DNA from: Candidatus Heimdallarchaeota archaeon
GTDB taxonomy: Archaea; Asgardarchaeota; Heimdallarchaeia; Hodarchaeales; Hodarchaeaceae
DNA length: 64,000 nt
Direction: 5' to 3'
NCBI GenBank assembly: GCA_048881705.1
Contig: JBHLSH010000003.1
Location: forward strand, 1-64,000
The position numbers and the translations under genes are program-made. Below are positions 43,101-49,424 of this stretch, piece by piece. Each line of letters begins with the position of its first letter. Position 1 is the stretch's first letter. The notes beneath the pieces were generated by a model, which had not been told where the DNA came from, did no database searches, and saw only the letters and a list, made by a program, of their open reading frames with translations.

Positions 43101-43547
43101 CCTAGCGGCAAACCAGGGGATAGTACGCCGTCTATTGAAAAGAAAGAGTCTCCGCCACCAGCTGCAAGGGCTGTTTCTCCATCCCCTCAACAGATTTCTG
43201 GCGTGCACAAAGTTTCAGATGTTAAAGATGAAAAACCCTCCATACCTGAAATCAGCATCTCAGAAGAATCAAGGTGGATAAATAAGTTTCCTAAATCCTT
43301 TTCCAATTACGAAAATGAGCTAAAGTTTCTTTTCAAATTAGTAGTGGAGCGGGCTGGGGCTTATCGTTATCAAACATCCTTAAAATATCTCCTTTCCCGC
43401 GCTCCCAAGGGCCTTTCTAAAACAAATCTAGAAATGATCTTTAATGACATTTCTGTAAAGACAGACTATTTTGAAATAAAAAGAAGGTCGATAGTTATCA
43501 CAGAAAAGGGGAAAAAGATCGCTTTAAGTATCCTGAATTCAAAATGA
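31113..43547 (+). CDS. Giant (4144 aa) single-pass cell-surface glycoprotein: signal/TM, beta-rich head, 13 tandem 208-aa repeats, TM anchor, Pro/Ser-rich linker, winged-helix-like tail
   Basis: Uninterrupted 12.4-kb ORF; N-terminal KRFILGTLLIFVVFL; beta-strand-like, Asn/Thr/Ser-rich ectodomain with dense N-x-S/T sequons; TM LYPLIWVSPLIVFLIFMTPVL followed by RRRKK. Confidence 0.9.
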   Translation: MNMQSLNNEYGKRFILGTLLIFVVFLSSVPILLHSHLASERSSLEEVEIDRLTGLETKIEIPRLMSESGGEFISDFIGSTAANRSHSRFSIGQRAGPGGGSYSVYDSFNWTGSESLTTQNTLTGGLPTDRSDSLTISNPTGFSRQYGEFNISGVTATSDWRLIENLDNTGRGPVNSDPNGLGYYEVAMSFNITEEFANITNLRIINDFNPLGSPQGTLYIVNSTGSGNPDDSQILSEKLSLLTTGVQWDTYTFSSPVLLTKGTYFVVMNDTLQDPSNYWLWYWQHDLIDDGSEDGTAYYKSFDHSTWLSWGIATLPLQIEALPVEFNGVNYVNKSYYSPSVLAFSYNTSVGNRELTSFTWFTWFDTTTHSFKTNTSVSFDLAFIANYTYSLNPISAASSYLVSNNSISMWNLTFSTTKANITHNIRNHIIRIVGIEPNWNGTSIYWNDSSIPEYPSLTNNVNVTWDGDPLHKYTFGNTTMVVNSSALAGNVTWRVLFEAPNYLSSFNMSRGALGLQLPYEANVTDTIDLNFVVPESGGNISYWIEYYGLSVYANLDFDSVNQDITDPWNINDSVSQTTNVNGTYNLQGFWISSDKTKAGTFTRDLNVIINTTLTVNSTDFFTVVIGEKITLWANYTSNHNSTPGTLSHIKNAKIWANSSWPQSSKQNVTMNQPSGQYYNSSFTTDGELPGTTGTIAVTTQLEWFVNWTIVLTVKFIGDSGLTANVTSISLEWRENATIRVDYNDTSGASIGGGTITVDGNNAIETNNIYYYQLNTTDYAGIGTYSNLVINATHPDYVSKEIVFTLVITPGNTDIAGRSGGQALTNITGGVSKSYANSSADDLSINLRYYYILADDTLNTGIPTVVSRIPYDAPVEESNFTWTIFFHPNETGAFLINVTFALTNYNSSTFVFNLTIAKSNTAIYSEIGTSATTYYNESLDFFLLYNNTDYNENISGLSEGAGITLNNTNVSFLNRTGEYYWFRISPTTLPVGIHSTNITFEHVYFESSFIIVSFEVLPRPTDLTGRFGSQPLINDSTVITQFFANSSADNLIINLEYYDVLTSNVLDTSIPLVVSLIPNIGTLRESNLSWTLTFNPNQTGVFLINITFNLTNYTDALFIFHLTINKAQTAIYSSLSTGFTTYHGVNFDFFLLYNNTNYNENITGLTAGGGIVLNNTNVSFLNRTGDLYWFRLNPISLMVGSYATNITFSHIYFESSFIVVSFEVLPRPTDLTGQSGSQPLINDTTIIIQLFANSTADSVKINLEYYDVLTSNVLDTGTPLVVSLIPNIGTIKEGNLSWTLTFNPNQTGLFLINVTFSLTNYTDALFIFHLTVSKAQTSLYSNLSPTPTVYYDESFDFFLLYNNTNYNENITGLLEGSGITLNNTYINFLNRTGAHYWFRLSPNALTLGIYATNITFTHIYFESTSIIVSFEVLPRLTDLTGQFGSQPLINDTTIIAQFFANSSADSVAINLEYYDIFTSNVLDTGSPLIMTLIPVIGFVKEANRSWTLTFNPNQTGNFLINITFSLTNYSDALFIFHLTINKAQTDTYNSLSPTPTVYHNDSFDFFLLYNNTNYNENITGLTLGSGITLNNTNINFLNRTGDHYWFRLSPTTLSLGLHATNITFEHVYFESSFIVVSFEVLPRPTDLTGQSGSQPLINDTTVIIKFFANSSADSVVINLEYYDVFSSNVLDTSLPLILTLIPLTGTVKEANLSWTLTFNPNQTGVFLINISFSLANYTAALFVFHLTVSKAQTGIYSSLPPDPEVYYNESVDFFLVYNNTNYNENITGLTVGSAITLNNTFIGFLNRTGDHYWFRLSQVTIPLGNYATNITFSHIYFETSFIIISFNVLARPSDIRGQYSGQPIINDSTIINQYFANSSADSVVINLEYYDVLTSTVLDTGVPLVVSLIPTVGTVKESNLSWTLTFDPDQTGAFLINVTFNLTNHTDALFIFHLTVSKAQTSIYGSLSLGATVYYNESLDFFLLYNNTNYNENITGLTEGVGITLNNTKINFLNRTGNQYWFRLGSSTLPLGIHSTNITFEHVYFESSFIVANFEVLPRPTDLTGQSGSQPLINDTTIINQYFANSSVDSVTINLEYYDLLTSNILDTGVPLVVSLIPTTGTVKESNLSWTLTFNPNRSGNFFINITFSLANYTDALFIFHLTVFKATTSIYNSLLPDPKAYYSESVDFFLLYNNTNYNENITGLLEGSGINLNNTYVSFLNRTGNNYWFRLNANSQTIGSYTTNITFSHVDFESSSIIVSYEVLARPTSITGQYGSQPLTNDTTIITRFFANSSADNVIINLEYYDVLTSNVLDTGGPFVLSLIPSTGTIKESNLSWTLTFNPNRTGTFLINITFSLLNHSDALFIFHLTVLKATTAIYSELPANSLLYYSESMDFFLLYNNTNYNENITGLTVGSGISLNNTYLIFLNQTGDFYWFRLNPVALPLGIYGTNITFEHVYFKSSFILVSFEVLPRTTDLTGQTGSQPLINDTTVITQFFANSSADSVTINLEYYDVLTSNVLDTSAPFVVSLIPTTGTVKESNLSWTLTFNPNQTGIFLINVSFSLANHTDALFVFHLTVNKAPTAAYNSLPTDPKAYYNESVDFFLVYNNTYYNENITGLIVGSGIALNNSKVSFLNRTGDQYWFRLSPSTLPLGIQVTNISFSHVYFESSSIVVNFEVIPRPTDLTGQFGSQPLINDTTIIAQFFANSSADSVAINLEYYDVFSSNVLDTSLPQIYSLIPSTGTVKESNLSWTLTFNPNQTGIFLINVTFSLANHTNALFIFHLTVDQALTDIYNELPPISLVYYNESSDFFLLYNNTNYNENITGLTDNDGITINNSNIVFLNRTGNYYWFRLTPNPIGPETYGTNITFGHVYFESSSVVVLFEVLPRPTDITGQFGSQPLINDTTVIFQYFSNGSVDSVTINFDYYDVFTSNTLDSDAPQVESLIPISSTSQESNLSWTLTFNPNQTGVFLINITIGLTNYTDALFVFHLTVNKATTAIYNGLPPDPTLYYGLSTDFYLLFNNTIYNENITGLTEGTGIILNNTNVSFLNRTGDLYWFRLSPISLAVGIYATNITLSHADFESSFVVISFEVLPSPTGINGQYGSQPLTNDSTVVNLFFANSTADSISFNLEYYDTLTSNVLNTGFPLILSMIPTTSTVKESNLSWTLTFNPNMSGIFLINFTFNLANYESAHFILHLTVEKAQTSIYNGFQSVSAVYYDLPTDFYLLFNNTNYNENITGLTVGSGITLNNTKVSFLNRTADYYWFRISSTTLPLGNHATNITFDHAYFESSSVVISFDIITHPTDMVGRQGGQLLVNDTTIVTRYFSNSSGDAVIINLAYLSGINGTILDTNTPQVVSMIPITGTVKESNLSWTFTFNPNKTGIFLINVTATLANYEDALFIFHFSVNKAPTAIYNSLPLNPDIAYDTVLDFFLIYNNTKYNENITGLTEGSGIIINNTDVGFLNRTGDLYWFRLSPSPISPGFHATNITFLHLDFESSAIIINFNVFNRSLIIDNLLSNPGSGQNIDYLLFGEVFYFNVFINDSLTLLPINSSSVFLPNYVVFLGTVKEGNHSFSFNASKIGQFLDLKIVFALENYESVTYNISFVVAPAITGFGLGTTPVNGSILGNTGDFWLTDSRNISIRWIETVYGSSITDPTPELFGDWVGFITYIEFSKDGRHIFSLNGTKLGSFRISIIFETQNYSKSIFLIEFNISVIPTFEPVVTFPSELIVGQLFPISLEQWLSLQTLSVPLWEIHVLNGSSSIFAMSDHSQTFPITINISTENFRQGIHTLTIFLTSTYGYENQTFEITFNLIGREILITILRDPEVLVQGADFTIIAILEYASLRTHLSGIGAGITLSSLEGMPVTFKVDILYLNGTVKTLTHSTEANATGVATFLVGGQFTHNADGIQGITVTTGINASAKSSSATTPSNFIDDNKFASEGGDDPLSPLYPLIWVSPLIVFLIFMTPVLQKVNRRRKKDGSKVQRIETPSGKPGDSTPSIEKKESPPPAARAVSPSPQQISGVHKVSDVKDEKPSIPEISISEESRWINKFPKSFSNYENELKFLFKLVVERAGAYRYQTSLKYLLSRAPKGLSKTNLEMIFNDISVKTDYFEIKRRSIVITEKGKKIALSILNSK
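33537..41648 (+). repeat. Intragenic tandem array of 13 x 624 bp (208 aa), no net length change between units
   Basis: Unit starts read at 33537, 34161, 34785, 35409, 36033, 36657, 37281, 37905, 38529, 39153, 39777, 40401 and 41025, each exactly 624 apart. Consensus begins PRPTDLTGQ.GSQPLINDTT and ends FESS..VVSFEVL. Confidence 0.97.
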
Positions 43548-43628
43548 GATTCACTCCAAAGAGAGAAATTTAATTGGAAATATTTTAATCAGATAAATAT
43601 CGCGTTAACAAAATGGAGTCTATAGAAC

Positions 43629-46600
43629 TTGCGAATAATTCGATGGAACCACACCCTACAATATATTAGGATTGGGTCGCTAGTAATCCTTATGCTTATG
43701 TTAAGTTCAGTGTATACTCAATTATCACTAATCTTACCCTTTACTGATTCCTTACACGATGATGATGTCGATGTGAACACCCTCGCCGGCAATAATGCCA
43801 GAATCAGAATACCAAGCTTGATGACGGAAACTGGTGGTGGTTCCATTTCTGATTTAATCTCAAGTTCACATTACGATAGTTCCTCTATTAAATCTGCCAT
43901 CGGACAACAAACTGGCTTTGGTGGTAAGAGTTATTCGGTCTATGATTCATTTAACTGGACTAGTGTTGAAATTCTTACGACTCAGAACACGCTTTCGGGG
44001 GGCCTGCCAACAGGTCGGACTGATTCGCTCACCATTTCTGATCCAACGGGGTTCACCAGGCAATATGGAGAATTCAACATTTCTAGTGTCGCTGCTAGCT
44101 CTGACTGGAGGTTGATTGAAAACTTCGATAACACTCTGCGGGGGCCCGTGAATTCGGATCCTAATGGACTGGGATATTACGAAGTGGCCATGTCCTTTAA
44201 TATCACAGAAGCATTTGTAAACGTGACAAAGGTTCGAATCATCAATAATTTTAATCCCCTCGGCTCACCCCAAGGAACCTTGTACATCGTGAATTCTACG
44301 GGTGCAGGACAGCCAGATGACAATCAGGTACTTACAGAGAAATTGACTTTGCAGGTAACGGGGATTCAATGGGATACATACACCTTCTCCAGTCCTGTTT
44401 TTCTCACAAAGGGAATGTATTTCGTTGTTATGAACGATACATTGCAGGATCCATCCAATTACTGGCTTTGGTATTGGCAGCATGATCTAATTGATGATGG
44501 GAGTGAAGATGGCACTGCATATTCTAAGCAATTCAGTCATTCAACATGGCAACCATGGGGAGGTGGGATTGCAACATTACCTCTTCAGATCGAGGCCCTT
44601 CCTCTGGAGTTCAATGGGACTGACTATGTAAATAGAACCTATACTGATCCCTATTCCCTAGGTTTCAGTTATAATACTTCTGCTGGCAACAGAGAGCTGA
44701 CCACATTTACCTGGTTTGCCTGGAATGATACAGCGACCCATTCTTTTCAGACCAATACTTCTGTCACATTTGAGTTGACGTTTGTGGCCAATTACACTTA
44801 TTCGTTAAATCCTATCCTGGCTGGATCGTCTTACATCGCTGTCAACAATTCAGTTGTTAGCTGGAATTTAACCTTTTCAACTTCCGTCTTGAATACCACT
44901 TATAACGTTCGGAATCACACCGTGAAAATTTCCAATTTCGAATCAGATTGGAATGGGACAAGTATCTACTGGAATAACTCACTTACCCAGCAATATAGCG
45001 ATCTTCCTACCAACCTGGATGTATCACCCTTTGGAAATTACGCCACGCGATATCAACATGGGGTGCATACAACGATCTACATCAATGCCAGTGATTTGTC
45101 TGAAAATACCACGTGGCATACCTGGTTCGAAGCCCCGAACCATCTTCTCAATTTCACTATTAGTTTAGGTAGCACTCCGCTTGGGTTCCCCTATAAAGCT
45201 AATGTCACCGATGTATTAAACCTAACATTCTACAACTCAAACATTGGTAATCTAACGTATTGGATTGATTTTCCAAATGGATCTACCCGTACTCGAGTTA
45301 ATATCAATACGACGCACTCAATTTTTTGGGAAGAATGGGATATTAACAACACAGTAGATCAAACAACCTACGTCAATGGGACCTATCAGCTCCAGGCGTT
45401 TTGGAACAACAGTGATCTTACCCAAGTGGGAACTTTTACCAGAAAGTTGGATATTTACATCAATACCTCGCTTTCGGTACAGGCTGATACTGAAGTTATC
45501 ATAGGAGAAAAATTCAATGTTACTGCGCTCTACAAAACGATACATAATGATACGGATATTAGTCGAGTGAGGATCTGGGCCAATGCAAGTTGGCCGCATG
45601 GTTCAAAACAAAATACCTCCATGAACCAGCTCATAGATGATTCATATAATGCATCCTTCATAACTACGGGACAAAATAAAGGTTTTATTGGGACGGTTAC
45701 GGTGAGTACCCACTTGGGGTGGTTTGTCAACTGGTCACGTATAATATCAGTAAAATTTGTCGAAGCTTCAACACTCACTCTAAATTCCACCAATATAAAA
45801 CTACAATGGCGAGAGAATGTGACGCTGAGAATTGAATATAATGACACTACCCTCTTTAATGCTATCGAAAATGCCACTATAACTATAGACGGAAATTCAG
45901 CATTTAACGATAGCGACAATATTTACTACTTTCGCCTAAATTCAACATCTTACGGAATTGGACCCCAAACTATACCAGTAAGTGCGAGCCACAACAATTA
46001 TTCCTCGCAAAATGCGGTCATAACACTTTCCATAACACCTGGCGAAACTACGATAGAGGGAGCTTATAAAGGGCAGGCCCTAGGCAACGCAACAACTGTT
46101 CCGGAAAATCTAATTTTTGCAGCGAGTTCTCAGGATCAAGTCACTATTAATTTAAGATATTATTCCACCTTTCCGACGGATCTAGCCCTGAACAATACCC
46201 CGTCCGTGAATTCGCCCGGAATATCCGATGTGACTCTTCAACCAGAAACCAATTTCACGTGGACGATCGTTCTCAATCCCTCCGCAATTGGACTTTTTAC
46301 CGTTGATGTAACTTTTTCAATGCCAAATTATAATTCAAGCAAATTTTTCTTCCAAATAAACGTAATAAAGGCAGCCACCGAGATTTCTAGTGGTATATCG
46401 TTTCCATCACCAATATATTTCACTGATAGTTCCGATTTTTATTTACTCTATAATAATACTGTCTATAATGAATTGATTCCCTCAGTAGTCCCAGGAATCA
46501 ATGATTCTGCAAAAATCCGGTTTCTGAATCATACTGGATTCCAATATTGGTTTCGATTTAATTCCAGCCAATCTACTATTGGAACAAATGCGGTGTTGAT

Positions 46601-48209
46601 TTCTTTGGCAGGGGCCGATTTTGAAACCAGTAACATCACCGTGGTTTTTACTGTAACGGAAATGCCTACCCTTCCAATACCCCTATCTCTAGTACACCCG
46701 ATCAATGACGGGACTGTGCTAGTGGAAGACTTTCTAGAAATAACCATTGATTATTTCCAAACATTTAGAGGAGTAAACATAACCAATCTTGATGAGATTT
46801 TATTGCGGTTAAATGGGACACTTGTGCCTGAATCGACCTTTATGATTAAGCAGTTCTCTCAGGCACCGTTCTCGATTTCTGTTTCAACCGAAGGCTGGCA
46901 ATACGGATTTTATAATCTCACATTACAAGTACAAACCATCGGATACCAATCGCAGTTTGTTTCACTAGATTTAACACTCCTAGGGCGTCCTACTTGGATG
47001 GAACTTGAGATCTTGCCTGGTAAAACGATATCACAAGGTGAAAACGTCACATTCACAGTTTCACTACACTATAATGTAACAACTGGAAGTGGGTTTGGAT
47101 CAAGTCTGAATTTAGTTCCTCTTGAAAACGTAGAAGTTTTCTTTTACGTCATTCTTATGTACGGTAATGAAACATCCACAATATATGAGCAAACTGTGCT
47201 AACTGACAGCAACGGACAGGCTACGTACGTTATTGACGGTCAATTTACCCTAGAATCCATCGGATTTGAAAATATTACGGTTAGTACTGGCCCGTCACTT
47301 TCAGGCCTACCTACCAAACTTGGATTAACCAATCTGGAGGAATATCACTTTGTGACCCCTCCTCAGGACCTTTGGGAACTTTTAGCCCCTCTGTTATTGC
47401 CGCTTGCGGGTTTCTTGCTAGCCTTTGGTTTGGCGGCGGCTGGTGTTTATAGGTTCAATCAATCCAGGAAAGCCCGTAAGGTGCGAACAATTCAAGTTGA
47501 CCGCACCATTGAAAAGGGATTTGAAGATATTAAATCCATAAGGTTGGTAATTGCACGGCATCAATCTGGGCTTCAATTTTATTCCGAAAAAACCATCGCT
47601 GAACTTCAAGCGGATACTGATGCCTTGTCAGGTATGTCCGCGGCCCTTTCTTCATTCATGGAAGAGGTTTCAGAGAGCATGCGCTCACGAAAAGAAGATG
47701 CAGTCGAAGCAAAAATTGAAACCATGAGTAGAGAGGGCTTACATATGCTTGTGTGGCATGGACGGTATTCCAGCCTACTCATCATATCGGAAATTGAGCT
47801 CCCTGATTATTTCAGGGACCGTCTCGATGGCTTAGGACATGAAACTGAAGGAAAATTTGAACTCGAACTCAAGGACTTTTATTCGACCGACCAAATTCCT
47901 TCCTCAATTGTGAAAAAGATTGTACGAAGACACATTCCTCTGCATTATTTCAGCGCATTTGTCTTGAATGAAGGAGTTCTAACGCTAAAGGACATAAAGC
48001 TTTCAAAAAAGCACAACAAGATGCTTAAAATGATCAAAAAGATCATGTTTACAAAAGAAGGTGTTGAATATTTATTCTCTGAACAAATTATATCATATTT
48101 GGCAACGAAGTATAAGAGAAGTGAAGCTATCAAGTTCCTAGATCATGCTATAGAATTGAATCTGTTGGTGGAATGTAACCAGGAGGATCTAATACAGCTC
48201 GGAAGATAA
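43629..48209 (+). CDS. 1526-aa single-pass surface glycoprotein, paralog of the giant protein, with one repeat unit and a cytoplasmic longin-like plus helical domain
   Basis: TTG start after GGAG; head alignable with 31113-33536; one 206-aa unit at 46038-46655; TM LLAPLLLPLAGFLLAFGLAAAGVY; tail IRLVIARHQSGLQFY...DALSGMSAALSSFMEEV...HMLVWHG matches my recollection of the Asgard longin-like pattern. Confidence 0.85.
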   Translation: MRIIRWNHTLQYIRIGSLVILMLMLSSVYTQLSLILPFTDSLHDDDVDVNTLAGNNARIRIPSLMTETGGGSISDLISSSHYDSSSIKSAIGQQTGFGGKSYSVYDSFNWTSVEILTTQNTLSGGLPTGRTDSLTISDPTGFTRQYGEFNISSVAASSDWRLIENFDNTLRGPVNSDPNGLGYYEVAMSFNITEAFVNVTKVRIINNFNPLGSPQGTLYIVNSTGAGQPDDNQVLTEKLTLQVTGIQWDTYTFSSPVFLTKGMYFVVMNDTLQDPSNYWLWYWQHDLIDDGSEDGTAYSKQFSHSTWQPWGGGIATLPLQIEALPLEFNGTDYVNRTYTDPYSLGFSYNTSAGNRELTTFTWFAWNDTATHSFQTNTSVTFELTFVANYTYSLNPILAGSSYIAVNNSVVSWNLTFSTSVLNTTYNVRNHTVKISNFESDWNGTSIYWNNSLTQQYSDLPTNLDVSPFGNYATRYQHGVHTTIYINASDLSENTTWHTWFEAPNHLLNFTISLGSTPLGFPYKANVTDVLNLTFYNSNIGNLTYWIDFPNGSTRTRVNINTTHSIFWEEWDINNTVDQTTYVNGTYQLQAFWNNSDLTQVGTFTRKLDIYINTSLSVQADTEVIIGEKFNVTALYKTIHNDTDISRVRIWANASWPHGSKQNTSMNQLIDDSYNASFITTGQNKGFIGTVTVSTHLGWFVNWSRIISVKFVEASTLTLNSTNIKLQWRENVTLRIEYNDTTLFNAIENATITIDGNSAFNDSDNIYYFRLNSTSYGIGPQTIPVSASHNNYSSQNAVITLSITPGETTIEGAYKGQALGNATTVPENLIFAASSQDQVTINLRYYSTFPTDLALNNTPSVNSPGISDVTLQPETNFTWTIVLNPSAIGLFTVDVTFSMPNYNSSKFFFQINVIKAATEISSGISFPSPIYFTDSSDFYLLYNNTVYNELIPSVVPGINDSAKIRFLNHTGFQYWFRFNSSQSTIGTNAVLISLAGADFETSNITVVFTVTEMPTLPIPLSLVHPINDGTVLVEDFLEITIDYFQTFRGVNITNLDEILLRLNGTLVPESTFMIKQFSQAPFSISVSTEGWQYGFYNLTLQVQTIGYQSQFVSLDLTLLGRPTWMELEILPGKTISQGENVTFTVSLHYNVTTGSGFGSSLNLVPLENVEVFFYVILMYGNETSTIYEQTVLTDSNGQATYVIDGQFTLESIGFENITVSTGPSLSGLPTKLGLTNLEEYHFVTPPQDLWELLAPLLLPLAGFLLAFGLAAAGVYRFNQSRKARKVRTIQVDRTIEKGFEDIKSIRLVIARHQSGLQFYSEKTIAELQADTDALSGMSAALSSFMEEVSESMRSRKEDAVEAKIETMSREGLHMLVWHGRYSSLLIISEIELPDYFRDRLDGLGHETEGKFELELKDFYSTDQIPSSIVKKIVRRHIPLHYFSAFVLNEGVLTLKDIKLSKKHNKMLKMIKKIMFTKEGVEYLFSEQIISYLATKYKRSEAIKFLDHAIELNLLVECNQEDLIQLGR

Positions 48210-48223
48210 AAGGAGGACAAACT

Positions 48224-49147
48224 CTGGAAGCCTATCGTTTTTGGCTCATTAATGATCAGGGGTTTTATATCTACGATGAAAAGTATCAAGGTAGAATTGT
48301 TTTAACACGGGAGGAAGAAGATGCTCTTATAGCGGAAATCTATAACGATCCAAGGTTGAAAACCCCAGATACCACGATTCTTTCCCGCGATATCCTACCC
48401 TCTTACACGCGACTGTATTACAGAAAGTACCACAGTGACTTGTATATTCTCCTAGTTGATGAATTAACTGATTTCACAGAAACAATCGAGGTTTTTTCGA
48501 AATGGGCTGAAAAGCGAGATCAACAAAGAGAGCAATTAAAAGGCCTGGTGTTTGTGGTTTTCGACGATGTCGAAGGACCTAAAGTTATTTACAATAACAT
48601 GCTGAAAGAGGAAATTGCTATTCTTTTAGCTGTTCAAGGACAAACCGTATCCTCAATGGGTCGCATGAAAAAATTCAAGATAGGATTCAAAGAACCTCTA
48701 AATGTTCCTAATCGCAATGACTTGGTTCATATGGCCTATGATTTTCTCCAGCCCGCACCGGAATCGGCCGATCCTCGAATTGCAAAAATGGGACGGATAT
48801 CAAATTTATACCTTATTTTTGATCGTTCTTTTCCCTATCTTAACGAAGAGCATTTTAAACTTTCTATTGAAGGGTACCTGGATGAATGGGTATACAATCA
48901 TTTTTCCCAGAACTCTGGAGAAAGGCATCCCAAATCATATTCCAACGTGTTTTTTGATGAACTCCTAGAGGATCTTCGTACAACAATATCGTCAGCTATA
49001 GATGTCGCAACCCATGAGGAGCGAGAAGTGGCACGCCTTAAGGTTTTTGTCATGGAGTTACTTACACAGAACAAAGTACTAACATACCAAGTCAGAAGAT
49101 TGAGAGAACGTATCAAAGAACTAGAGGATCTCATAAAAACATCGTAA
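48224..49147 (+). CDS. uDENN/NPRL2-type longin-like protein with C-terminal coiled coil; probable CTG start
   Basis: LVFVVFDDVEGPKVIY, EPLNVP, AYDF...DPR; heptad tail LKVFVMELLTQNKVLTYQVRRLRERIKELEDL. The frame is open back to CTG 48224, which sits 7 nt after AGGAGG (48211-48216). The track's start is TTG 48356. Confidence 0.7.
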   Translation: MEAYRFWLINDQGFYIYDEKYQGRIVLTREEEDALIAEIYNDPRLKTPDTTILSRDILPSYTRLYYRKYHSDLYILLVDELTDFTETIEVFSKWAEKRDQQREQLKGLVFVVFDDVEGPKVIYNNMLKEEIAILLAVQGQTVSSMGRMKKFKIGFKEPLNVPNRNDLVHMAYDFLQPAPESADPRIAKMGRISNLYLIFDRSFPYLNEEHFKLSIEGYLDEWVYNHFSQNSGERHPKSYSNVFFDELLEDLRTTISSAIDVATHEEREVARLKVFVMELLTQNKVLTYQVRRLRERIKELEDLIKTS

Positions 49148-49424
49148 CAGACTCTTTGATGGCTCGAATGTGGCAATAGGGGAAAAATTAAAGACAGTAG
49201 AGAAGAAATATCAAATAAATCCTTTTAGAAATTAAATATACTCAATGGAGGGTAATAAATTGGGAGAGAAAATCTGAACCACTGGTCGAAATGATATCGT
49301 TTTATATGAGAAATCACATTATTGATAATAAGTTACTATCTTAAAATAGAATTATTATTATGTTATAACAGAATAAATCGGAACCATATGAGGTTTCCTC
49401 TGACTAAATAATCAATTTAAATGG

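Noticed and set aside
44231-44240. GGTTCGAATC resembling a tRNA T-arm
   Set aside because: It lies inside the 1526-aa CDS, and no acceptor, D or anticodon stems could be built around it.
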